Shown: positions 1 to 8,105 of the stretch, piece after piece
How positions within the stretch are numbered: the first letter of the stretch is position 1
Layout: every line of letters starts with the position of its first letter
Virus record (IMG/VR): IMGVR_UViG_3300029577_000022
Location: 1 to 47,376 of that record
Source: a virus
DNA: 47,376 nucleotides
Direction: 5' to 3' (one strand)
Position numbers and translations under genes: made by a program
Notes under the pieces: model-generated
What the model was told of the DNA's origin: nothing
The model's input: only the letters and a program-made list of their open reading frames with translations
Databases searched by the model: none

Positions 1-89
1 CAAGAACATGCTGACTTATGGAAGTATATTGTAAAGAATTATGGTAGAACTCCTACTAATAAAATGTACAAGAAGTTAGGTGGCATACT
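1..89. repeat. Terminal overlap, copy A (identical to 47288..47376)
   Basis: Base-by-base comparison shows caagaacatgctgac...ggtggcatact at both ends, 89/89 identical. Confidence 0.95.
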
Positions 90-585
90 AGGCGTAAAAA
101 CAGATGACACGGTTACATCGAAACAAAAAACTGCTATTCTTAATAGGATGAAATTTAATGGCTATAAAAAAGGTTCTGAACACATAGACAAGAGTCAATT
201 AGCATGGACACAAGAAGATAAACGAGAAATGATTTATCGTGCTTCTGACGGTGCAGTTTTAACAAAACTTAATCCAGGAGATAAAGTGTTCACAAATGGG
301 ATGACTGAGAATCTTTGGAAAATGGCACAGATGAATCCTTCTTTATTGACCTCTGGTATCAACTATATGCCGAATTTACCTGAAATAACAAAATCTGCTG
401 GCACATCTACGATTGTTGAAGTTGGTGATATCGTGATGAACGGTGTCAATGATCCTGAAACATTCGGTAGACAGTTGCGAGAAGAAATTTGTAAGAACGG
501 AAAGACAACACAGTGTATTACTGAAGCAGTTTCTGCCAAGCAACTTGGTAAAAATGGTGTAGGTAATGCAAGGTTATATAAGTAA
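1..585 (+). CDS. Tail tape measure protein, C-terminal part (continuation of 40304..47376 across the circular junction)
   Basis: Frame 1 is open from base 1 and is the same frame as 40304 once the 47,287 offset is applied. The segment AWTQEDKREMIYRASDGAVLTKLNPGDKVFTNGMTENL resembles the conserved C-terminal TMP module. Stop at 583..585. Confidence 0.8.
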   Translation, partial: QEHADLWKYIVKNYGRTPTNKMYKKLGGILGVKTDDTVTSKQKTAILNRMKFNGYKKGSEHIDKSQLAWTQEDKREMIYRASDGAVLTKLNPGDKVFTNGMTENLWKMAQMNPSLLTSGINYMPNLPEITKSAGTSTIVEVGDIVMNGVNDPETFGRQLREEICKNGKTTQCITEAVSAKQLGKNGVGNARLYK

Positions 586-600
586 ATATGTCTAATCTTT

Positions 601-630
601 AAGAGAGTGTCTTTATGGCATTCTCTTTTT
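601..630 (+). terminator. Rho-independent terminator after the TMP gene
   Basis: Stem aagagagtg/cattctctt followed by a T-run. Confidence 0.6.
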
Positions 631-761
631 AATGGAGGAAGGATGAAAATATATACAACAAAAATCGAGCGCAAGGTTTTTGATTGATGAAGAAATGAAT
701 AACGACTTGCTACAGAAATATAAGGACATTTGTGAAATATAAAACATGGAGGAAAAATTAA

Positions 762-1043
762 ATGACAAAGAAAATGGAAAAACTTATTAGAAATTATTGG
801 AGCATCAGTAAGATTGTTGCGGTAGTGCTTACAATCTGCAATTACAGTATGTGGACAGAACCTTTTAACTTTATCAAGGCTATTGCGATGCTTGTTATTG
901 GTTCAGTTGCTACGTTTATTGCAATCAATGTATTTGATATGGTTGTAGGTGTTATTGTGAGTATTTGTAAGAAAGTTCATAGACATTTCTATGACAAAAG
1001 ATTATTAAAAGCATTCTGTGAGCAGAAGGAAGATGAGGTATAA
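762..1043 (+). CDS. Small membrane protein (two hydrophobic helices). A holin-like role is only a guess.
   Basis: GGAGGA ribosome-binding site. Hydrophobic segments IVAVVLTICNYSMW and AIAMLVIGSVATFIAINVFDMVVGVIVSI. Confidence 0.6.
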   Translation: MTKKMEKLIRNYWSISKIVAVVLTICNYSMWTEPFNFIKAIAMLVIGSVATFIAINVFDMVVGVIVSICKKVHRHFYDKRLLKAFCEQKEDEV

Positions 1044-1045
1044 AG

Positions 1046-1669
1046 ATGCATAACATTAAAGCAAAGCATTATATAGAATATACAAAGGATGGTATTACAG
1101 ACAAATTCCACGAAGGAGATAAGGTGATATGCCGAACTGCGGACAAGGAACACACAGGAACAATCACTTGTGTTGGAGAGTTCAAAGAGAATGAAGAAGC
1201 AGAACCAGTAACAGTTATTTGTCTTGATACTTCTAAATCTGTATGGAGTTATTCAAGTGAGATTATCAAATTTGATGATATTGAGTTTATGTGCAAGGAT
1301 TTCTTGGCAGATTGCAATATAGATAATGATATGACGGATGAAGAGTTACAGAAAAATACATATATTAGCTTATTTGTCGGTATGGGATATGACAGAGGGA
1401 AGGTAGAAAATACATGGAATAACGTGTATAGCTTGATGAAACAGTTTGATATTCCATTTGAAAAAGCTATGGGATGTATGATGTACGCATTCCAATATGA
1501 TTGTGGAATTGAAATTCCATTAAGAAATATTTGCGGTATTAATGTATCTGGTATCGAAAAATCAATGCCTATATATCAGAGAGAAGCTACAAAATGTTTA
1601 TGTGGAGCGTTGGTAAGTGGTCTTGTTTACTTACTTGCCGATAAATTGGAAAAGGAATTAGAAAAATAA
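1046..1669 (+). CDS. Hypothetical protein
   Basis: 207-aa ORF tightly coupled to the upstream gene. No motif recognised. Confidence 0.55.
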   Translation: MHNIKAKHYIEYTKDGITDKFHEGDKVICRTADKEHTGTITCVGEFKENEEAEPVTVICLDTSKSVWSYSSEIIKFDDIEFMCKDFLADCNIDNDMTDEELQKNTYISLFVGMGYDRGKVENTWNNVYSLMKQFDIPFEKAMGCMMYAFQYDCGIEIPLRNICGINVSGIEKSMPIYQREATKCLCGALVSGLVYLLADKLEKELEK

Positions 1670-1684
1670 TAGTGATGATTATAG

Positions 1685-1716
1685 GGCAGAGGTTGTAATG
1701 ACTTCTGTCTTTTATT
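1685..1716 (+). terminator. Rho-independent terminator
   Basis: 8-bp stem ggcagagg/cttctgtc (2 G-U pairs) followed by ttttatt. Confidence 0.55.
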
Positions 1717-1738
1717 AAGGAGTGTGATTTTTATAGAA

Positions 1739-1963
1739 ATGACAGAGCAAGAAGAAAGAACAAATTGTGTAATACCGATTTGGAAGAAGTACACACTATC
1801 TGTTCAAGAAGCAGCAGAGTATTTTGGCTTTAGTGATAAAAAGATTAGAAAGATTGTTGATGAACACGAAAACGATAACTTTATTTTGTGGAATGGTACA
1901 AGACCACGCATAAAACGACAGTTATTTGAAAAGTTTGTAGATGAGAAATTGACAGCCATTTAG
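1739..1963 (+). CDS. xis: Excisionase-like helix-turn-helix DNA-binding protein
   Basis: YTLSVQEAAEYFGFSDKKIRKIV resembles excisionase-family HTH, and the gene sits directly upstream of int. The track start GTG 1724 is only 1 nt from the ribosome-binding site, so ATG 1739 is an alternative. The start is uncertain. Confidence 0.55.
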   Translation: MTEQEERTNCVIPIWKKYTLSVQEAAEYFGFSDKKIRKIVDEHENDNFILWNGTRPRIKRQLFEKFVDEKLTAI

Positions 1964-1993
1964 TGCTGATTATATAGGTTTTTAATAGATTTT

Positions 1994-2036
1994 GAGCCTT
2001 GGTTATGATATATTAAGAAGTATCATACCGAGGCTC
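1994..2036 (+). promoter_or_regulatory. Long stem-loop between xis and int
   Basis: gagccttggttatgata ... tatcataccgaggctc forms a stem of about 16 bp followed by ttct. Confidence 0.5.
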
Positions 2037-2061
2037 TTCTGTATGAAAGGAGAGATACTGA

Positions 2062-3255
2062 TTGTCAGAAATTAGAAGAGACAACAAAGGTCGTAAGCTA
2101 GCGACTGGGGAGAGCCAGGATAAAGATGGAAGATACCGTTATAAATATAATGATTCATTTGGAAAGAGAAAATCAGTATATAGTTGGAGATTGACTGAAT
2201 CTGATCCATACCCAAAGGGGAAACGAAAAGATATTTCTCTTAGAGAAAAAGAGAAGGTTATTGAGAAAGCATTAAGTGATGCAGTTTCTACTAATGGTGG
2301 AGATATGACGGTATTAGAATTGGTACAGAGATATATTAGTCAAAAACGAGGTGTAAAACATAATACACAGGCGAATTATAACTTTGTTATCAATGTGATT
2401 AAAAAAGAAGATTTTGGAGCAAGGCGAATTGATACAATCAAATTATCAGATGCTAAAACATGGCTGATAAAGTTACAGGATGATGGTAGAGGATATAGTT
2501 CTATCCATTCTATTAGAGGTGTTGTAAGACCAGCTTTTCAGATGGCAGTTGATGATGATTTGATAAGAAAGAATCCGTTTGAGTTCCAGCTTGCAACGGT
2601 AGTTGTGAATGATAGTGTAACAAGAGAAGCTATTACAAGAAAACAGCAGAGAGAATTTTTGAGGTTTATTAAAGAGGATAAGCATTTCTGCAAATACTAT
2701 GATGGAATTTATATCTTATTTAATACTGGATTGCGTGTCTCTGAATTTGTCGGTTTGACAGCAAATGATATTGAATTTGACAAGCAGAGAATTAAGATTG
2801 ACCATCAATTACAAAGGACACGCAATATGGAATATGAGATATTAACACCTAAGACTGAAAAGGGTGAGAGATATGTTCCTATGAAAGAAGATGTTGCAGA
2901 TTGTTTTCGTAGGATTATACAGAATAGAAAGCATCCAAAGATTGAGCCTATGATAGATGGTTATAGTGGCTTTTTGTTCTTAGATAAGAATGATATGCCT
3001 ATGGTTGCTTTACATTGGGAAAAGTATTTCCAACATATCCGTGAGAAGTATAACAGTATTTACAAAGTACAAATGCCGTGTATTACACCTCATGTATGCA
3101 GACACACCTTCTGCTCTAATATGGCAAAGTCTGGTATGAACCCAAAAACATTACAATATATAATGGGACATTCAGATATAGGAGTTACCCTTAATACATA
3201 TACTCATTTACAGTTTGAGGATGCCTTAGTAGAGATGAAAAAGGTCGTGGGCTAA
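2062..3255 (+). CDS. int: Tyrosine integrase, Tn916-Int-like, with an N-terminal arm-binding domain
   Basis: The N-terminus MSEIRRDNKGRKLATGESQDKDGRYRYKY closely parallels the Tn916 Int N-terminus. The C-terminal catalytic region reads HVCRHTFCS...GHSDIGVTLNTYTH. TTG start with an AAGGAGAG ribosome-binding site. Confidence 0.9.
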   Translation: MSEIRRDNKGRKLATGESQDKDGRYRYKYNDSFGKRKSVYSWRLTESDPYPKGKRKDISLREKEKVIEKALSDAVSTNGGDMTVLELVQRYISQKRGVKHNTQANYNFVINVIKKEDFGARRIDTIKLSDAKTWLIKLQDDGRGYSSIHSIRGVVRPAFQMAVDDDLIRKNPFEFQLATVVVNDSVTREAITRKQQREFLRFIKEDKHFCKYYDGIYILFNTGLRVSEFVGLTANDIEFDKQRIKIDHQLQRTRNMEYEILTPKTEKGERYVPMKEDVADCFRRIIQNRKHPKIEPMIDGYSGFLFLDKNDMPMVALHWEKYFQHIREKYNSIYKVQMPCITPHVCRHTFCSNMAKSGMNPKTLQYIMGHSDIGVTLNTYTHLQFEDALVEMKKVVG

Positions 3256-3525
3256 AAGGTATGAAAATAGCCCAGAATTTAGCCCAAATGAAGGAAAAGT
3301 TATGCAAAGTTATTCCAAATTATGCTGAAAATGTGAACAAAAGCACTATCACAGAAATATTGCAGAATTGTTGTAAGTGCCGAAAATACAGTAAAATCAA
3401 GCGTTTAGAGAGGTTTTAGATATATGATAAAAATATTATTTGTTTGCCACGGCAGGAGACTAACTTCTTGTTAAAAGTGCTTTATTTACTAGGGTTTGAG
3501 CGATACAGCATTGGATTTTAGCCCA
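3248..3525. promoter_or_regulatory. Candidate attP arm-type sites: TAGCCCA at 3268, 3280 and 3519, plus an inverted copy at 3248
   Basis: The 7-mer recurs within extended similarity TTTAGCCCA..AAATGAA, in the ORF-free region directly after int. Confidence 0.4.
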
Positions 3526-3666
3526 TTTTTAGGACAAATGAACAGAGAGCATCGGTATGGAAAATAGAATATTAGGACATCTAAATAAGTCCCATATCAT
3601 TGTAGAAATATGATGGTATGAGGCTTATTTTAGTGCCTTAATTTGCATAGACACAGAAATACTCAC

Positions 3667-3718
3667 TAATGGCTTTAAAACGCTTATATGAGCCACAGAG
3701 AGCGTTATAGAGCCATTA
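3667..3718. repeat. 18-bp imperfect inverted repeat (16/18) with a 16-bp spacer
   Basis: Left arm taatggctttaaaacgct, right arm agcgttatagagccatta. Confidence 0.7.
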
Positions 3719-3774
3719 TATACACTATATTTGAAATGGTGATTTCATCAGAAAAAACGACAGGAGGATAATGA

Positions 3775-3927
3775 ATGTTTGGAACAGTAACACGATATTT
3801 TAATGACAAAGGATATGGATTTATCCGTGGAGAATTTGTAAGTGACAGAAGCGATTATAACGCAGCAGATGTATCTATCATTGATGCACCAGAAAGGAAC
3901 AGACAGCATGGCAAAGGTAATAAATAA
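3775..3927 (+). CDS. Short protein with a cold-shock-domain-like N-terminus (50 aa)
   Basis: AGGAGG lies 7 nt upstream. MFGTVTRYFNDKGYGFIRGEF carries the RNP1-like KGYGFI motif. The protein is shorter than a canonical CSD. Confidence 0.5.
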   Translation: MFGTVTRYFNDKGYGFIRGEFVSDRSDYNAADVSIIDAPERNRQHGKGNK

Positions 3928-4348
3928 TATGGACGATTTAGCTATTGCATTGCAGCCAGTAATGAAGAAAATGGTTGACAATATGGCGAATAGAGTATAT
4001 GAAACTTTAAACTTCTTTCTGCAAAGATATTACGATTCATATGATCCGATTTATTATCGCAGACAGTATGACTTCTTGAGGTCAGGCTTTAAGGTTAATG
4101 CAAGAATTGTCAGAGGTAAGGCGATAGCATCGGTTTATATTGATGTGGACTATATGAGTAATTACTATGGTGTAACTGGTCAACAGGTCGCAACATGGGC
4201 GAATGAAGGGTTACATGGTGGAAAGAATTTAGCATCTAACACACCGCATGTATGGGATGCAACAATGGCAAATACTGTAGACAATGGAGCATTGTTAAGA
4301 GATGCAGTTGCTTATTTGAGAAGTCAAGGATTTACAGTTAGAGTATAA
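3908..4348 (+). CDS. Hypothetical protein. It could be a phage morphogenesis remnant, but that is unverified.
   Basis: The ORF track frame begins at 3842. ATG 3908 (MAKVINNMDDL) is the more plausible start. No firm motif. Confidence 0.55.
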   Translation: MAKVINNMDDLAIALQPVMKKMVDNMANRVYETLNFFLQRYYDSYDPIYYRRQYDFLRSGFKVNARIVRGKAIASVYIDVDYMSNYYGVTGQQVATWANEGLHGGKNLASNTPHVWDATMANTVDNGALLRDAVAYLRSQGFTVRV

Positions 4349-4365
4349 GGAAGGAGGGTGACACA

Positions 4366-4659
4366 ATGAGATTACTTAAACAGGATGTAATAGACAAATT
4401 AGCTGAAAAGACAGGCTTATATAAAAAAGATGTACGAGCTGTATTAGATTCATTCCATGAATTAGTTTATGAAGAATTGGATGCAGATAATTCAATTCTT
4501 ATCACAAATCTTTTTAAGGTTGAGCCAATAACAGTTGATTCAAGAAAAAGATACAGTCCGTATGTTGATGATAATTACTACATTGAGAAAGAACATAAGA
4601 CAGTAAAAATCACACCAGCTTCAAATCTATTGGATAGCTTGAAGAAAGAGGAAGAGTAA
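4366..4659 (+). CDS. hup: HU/IHF-family DNA-binding protein
   Basis: 97 aa. KQDVIDKLAEKTGLYKKDVRAVLDSFHELVYEEL and the overall layout match the HU fold pattern. Strong ribosome-binding site. Confidence 0.75.
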   Translation: MRLLKQDVIDKLAEKTGLYKKDVRAVLDSFHELVYEELDADNSILITNLFKVEPITVDSRKRYSPYVDDNYYIEKEHKTVKITPASNLLDSLKKEEE

Positions 4660-4844
4660 TGAGTAAGATTTTACATATCAAGGATGCTTAATTTTGAGTT
4701 ACAAGAGAAGTGCAAGGATGATATAGGTTGTATGGTATCTCTGTTAGGAATGCATCTACAACAAGACAGAGACTTTCAAAAGCCACTGATAAAGAAAAAT
4801 GTACAATACAATATGAATTGATAACAAAATAAAGGACGTAAAGC

Positions 4845-5021
4845 ATGAATGATATACCAGATTGCAGTAGATGTGAACGCTGTAAAAGTATGGAATATTT
4901 ATTTGATGATTTTTATTGTTGCGAAGAAAACGAACCATCACAAGTATATGGATTGCTTGGTGCATATTGTCCACCAGAAGTCAGTCCTATATGGTGTCCA
5001 AAGAGAGTAAAGGAGAAATAG
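4845..5021 (+). CDS. Small Cys-rich protein (58 aa, below the ORF-track cutoff)
   Basis: The sequence reads MNDIPDCSRCERCKSMEYLFDDFYCCEENEP...CPPEVSPIWCPKRV. The ribosome-binding site is weak. Confidence 0.4.
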   Translation: MNDIPDCSRCERCKSMEYLFDDFYCCEENEPSQVYGLLGAYCPPEVSPIWCPKRVKEK

Positions 5022-5026
5022 AAAAA

Positions 5027-5185
5027 ATGAAAACTATTAACAAGGAATTACAGAATATTGGTAGTCTTAGAGTGAATTTTATTGGGAAGGTAGACAATCC
5101 TAGAAAAGACAAGAAGAAAACTAACGGTATTGGGGATATGTTTGTTGCATTATTTGGTAATCTTGGGAAAGAAGGTACAAGATAA
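5027..5185 (+). CDS. Small hypothetical protein (52 aa)
   Basis: ATG follows AAGGAGAAATAG. It is the internal start of track ORF 4916..5185. Confidence 0.45.
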   Translation: MKTINKELQNIGSLRVNFIGKVDNPRKDKKKTNGIGDMFVALFGNLGKEGTR

Positions 5186-5237
5186 GAAATTAAAGCTACA
5201 TTATCGGAAATTTTATCAGAGAAGGAGAAATAAGATT

Positions 5238-5372
5238 ATGACAAAATTAAATATCAAAATCAAGGTAAGCGAGATTGAGGAGCTTGCACCAGTTATTGAA
5301 AAAGTGAAGAATTTAGAATTAGGTAAGGTTGCTGAATGCAATCCAGAAGTAACAGTAGAACTTGAAGTATAG
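5238..5372 (+). CDS. Small hypothetical protein (44 aa)
   Basis: ATG lies inside the 26-nt repeated translation-initiation block. It is the internal start of track ORF 5130..5372. Confidence 0.45.
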   Translation: MTKLNIKIKVSEIEELAPVIEKVKNLELGKVAECNPEVTVELEV

Positions 5373-5394
5373 GATTGGAAGGAGAAATAAGATT

Positions 5395-5859
5395 ATGACA
5401 AAAGAATTAAGCATTGAAAACATTAAGAAGGAACTGATTGACAAGATTTCAAACAATGAGGAAGTGTTAGAATATTTTGAAGAACATTATCGTGAGAATG
5501 GTGCCAATGATATTTTGAAAAGGTATGGAACAAAAGTAATAAAAGATAATTTTATCTTTGCACATGATATGTCAGTATCAAATATGGATATGTTTATATC
5601 TGTAGAAGTTAATGAAGAAGAGATATATACTCTTACTACAAGTGGAAGAGAAGTAAAAACTCTTTACAAAGTAAATATTATGGTGGCTCTTGAAAAGGAT
5701 AATGACCTTGATAAAATGGCTATGTTACTTGGAAAGATTGCAACAGAATTATACCCTGATAGATGCGATTACAAAAATTCTGTATATAATATTGAACATT
5801 TATACCCATATGGGAAAAAACAGATTGTAAGGGTTGTGCAGTTTAGAGTTGATAAATAA
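5395..5859 (+). CDS. Hypothetical protein (154 aa)
   Basis: ATG lies inside the second copy of the 26-nt initiation block. Confidence 0.6.
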   Translation: MTKELSIENIKKELIDKISNNEEVLEYFEEHYRENGANDILKRYGTKVIKDNFIFAHDMSVSNMDMFISVEVNEEEIYTLTTSGREVKTLYKVNIMVALEKDNDLDKMAMLLGKIATELYPDRCDYKNSVYNIEHLYPYGKKQIVRVVQFRVDK

Positions 5860-6086
5860 TCGGCAGAAATACACCGATTCAAAAAATATGATGGATATTT
5901 CCCAACAGGCAGGAAGTAAAAGAAAGCCTGTATCAGAGATCAAGAATATCTATAGTGCGATTCTGCACAATTTCCAATAGTGAAAAATAGTGAAATTACG
6001 ACTGCTGCATTTAGCGGTTTATTAAGGGTGAACGAAATTTAGTTTACCTTTATTTCTTGACCTCTGATTTATAGCAAAGGAGGATC

Positions 6087-7952
6087 ATGTATAGTGAAAA
6101 TAAGATTAAATGTATGTACTTCAATAACCGATTCAAGGAGAAACCACAAGGAAAACAATGTGGGTGGGTACAGAAAAGTCTAACAGAGACAGATATTACA
6201 ATAGAAGAATTGGCAGATGCTTTGTGTCATGGAGCATCATTTAAGCCGGGAGTATTACAGGGCGGTATGAAAGCTGATAACTGGGTGCAGCAACAGTTAT
6301 TTGGCTTGGATTTTGATAATGGAATGTGCATAGAAGAAGCATATAACAAGGTCATTTCTCTTGGAATTGTACCATGTTTTATGTACACCACATTTTCACA
6401 CAAGGAAGAACATCATAAATTCCGCATGATATTCTGCAATGATACAGTTATTACAGATGGCAGTATCAGAGATAAATTACAAGCTACACTTATGGGTGCG
6501 GTGGGTGGAATTGATGAGGTATGTTTCAATAGAGATAGATTGTTTTTCGGTGGCAAGGGGAATGAGACATTATATCCATCTTATGACAGTAGAATCAATG
6601 CAAAATCAGTTATTGATAAATACTGGAAAGATGAGTATGAGCAATATATATCAAATGCACAGCCAAAATCAAAGAAGAAGCCTGCTGCAAAAAAGGAAAA
6701 AGCTGATACGGAGGTAAAACCCGTATATGAAAACTTAAATGTCAAAGCAATCAAGGAACATGATGTTGAATATTTGCGTACAGTATTAGCACATGAACCG
6801 ATTGAGTTTGATACAAAAAATGAATTTTGGGATTATATCTATTCGGAACTGGATATCGCAGAACTGATAGATATTGACGATCCGAGGTCTTTTTGCTGTA
6901 TTCTGCATGAAGATCATAACCCTTCTGCAAACATCTTTACTACGAAAAATGGAGTTCAAAAGTATAGATGTTGTTCTGAAAATCTTACTCTTAACATAAA
7001 ACAGTTGATTGAAATGTTGGGAGATTTCAAATCTGAATATAAAGCTATTCAATTCATAATGGATATTTATAATCTGTCTATAAAGGAATCTCAATGGAGC
7101 ATTGAACAGCGTGAAAACATAGACATGATGATAAGTAATATCACTCTGAATAAATTTCAAGAACTATGTCCACAGGCTGATAAAAATATCAAATATGCAA
7201 AGGACACATTTCTTATGATGCTGTCTATTGCACGAAACAATATTTATAGCGAGAAGTTTTCTAATGATGATGGAGAAATAATCTTTTACGTTACCAATAA
7301 AAAGTTGGCTGAATACATGGGAAAAGGTAATAGCCAGAAGAAGATTGACAAGATCAATAAGTATGTGAAAATGCTTATCTATCACGATTTAATACGGATA
7401 TTAGATAATGACCAGATACCAAAGGAATTATTGAAAAACGCATTAAAATATACGAATGGCAATAAGAATCGTGTCAATTTCTATGCTATTCCATCATGGG
7501 TAGTACAACAGTTGAAAACAATAGAAGATAACGGAATCCGTTGGAAAGATAAAGGTTATAGAATTGGCGGTGTATCGTTTGATATGTTCTATCGTTCTGA
7601 AGGTTTTGAGGTAGCCGCCTCATTATATCCCCAGTATAAGAAAAAGAAAAATGAATATGGTGAGATTGTAAACAGAACTACCACAAAGGCTAGTGATGAA
7701 TGTACATTGAAGATTTCAGAAGTGATTTTGCATTGTATTCAAAGAAAAGGATATTGTACCGAGAAAGAGGTTGTTTATATTCTTGGTAATGAGTATAGAT
7801 ACGAAGTCACAGAGACACAGATTAAGCGATGTTTAAATGAGATTATGGATTGTTATGGATTGAAGAAAGTCAAAGCTAATAAGGTATTAAAGGAACAATT
7901 TGATATAAAATCAGACGGCTATCCCTACATAATAATTGAAGATGAGATGTAA
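6087..7952 (+). CDS. Primase-polymerase (AEP-like N-terminus) with a CHC2-type zinc finger. Likely the element's replication protein.
   Basis: LFGLDFDN matches a DxD motif, TTFSHKEEHHKFRMIF an sxH-like motif, and RDRLFFGG is also present. CCILHEDHNPSANIF...YRCCS resembles a CHC2 finger. Confidence 0.6.
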   Translation: MYSENKIKCMYFNNRFKEKPQGKQCGWVQKSLTETDITIEELADALCHGASFKPGVLQGGMKADNWVQQQLFGLDFDNGMCIEEAYNKVISLGIVPCFMYTTFSHKEEHHKFRMIFCNDTVITDGSIRDKLQATLMGAVGGIDEVCFNRDRLFFGGKGNETLYPSYDSRINAKSVIDKYWKDEYEQYISNAQPKSKKKPAAKKEKADTEVKPVYENLNVKAIKEHDVEYLRTVLAHEPIEFDTKNEFWDYIYSELDIAELIDIDDPRSFCCILHEDHNPSANIFTTKNGVQKYRCCSENLTLNIKQLIEMLGDFKSEYKAIQFIMDIYNLSIKESQWSIEQRENIDMMISNITLNKFQELCPQADKNIKYAKDTFLMMLSIARNNIYSEKFSNDDGEIIFYVTNKKLAEYMGKGNSQKKIDKINKYVKMLIYHDLIRILDNDQIPKELLKNALKYTNGNKNRVNFYAIPSWVVQQLKTIEDNGIRWKDKGYRIGGVSFDMFYRSEGFEVAASLYPQYKKKKNEYGEIVNRTTTKASDECTLKISEVILHCIQRKGYCTEKEVVYILGNEYRYEVTETQIKRCLNEIMDCYGLKKVKANKVLKEQFDIKSDGYPYIIIEDEM

Positions 7953-7957
7953 GGGTA

Positions 7958-8017
7958 GGTAAAAGGGTAGGGGTGTAACTAAGATATATATATATGTTAC
8001 TACCCACCCCTTTTACC
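7958..8017. repeat. 22-bp imperfect inverted repeat (18/22) around a (TA)n core. Candidate origin or unwinding element.
   Basis: Arms ggtaaaagggtaggggtgtaac and gttactacccaccccttttacc flank taagatatatatatat. GGGTAGG occurs twice as a direct repeat. The element starts 6 nt after the primase stop. Confidence 0.45.
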
Positions 8018-8041
8018 CCCTATTCGATATTGATTGACTGA

Positions 8042-8078
8042 AAGACAGTATGAATTTGATTCTGCTGTCTTATTTTTA
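8042..8078 (+). terminator. Rho-independent terminator
   Basis: Stem aagacag/ctgtctt followed by atttttat. Confidence 0.6.
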
Positions 8079-8105
8079 TGCGAAGAATAAGGAGAAATTT
8101 TATAA

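Noticed and set aside
6439-7385. Track ORFs 6439..6717 (+), 6786..7160 (-) and 7164..7385 (-) inside the primase gene
   Set aside because: They are off-frame or antisense to a long motif-bearing ORF and have no ribosome-binding sites.
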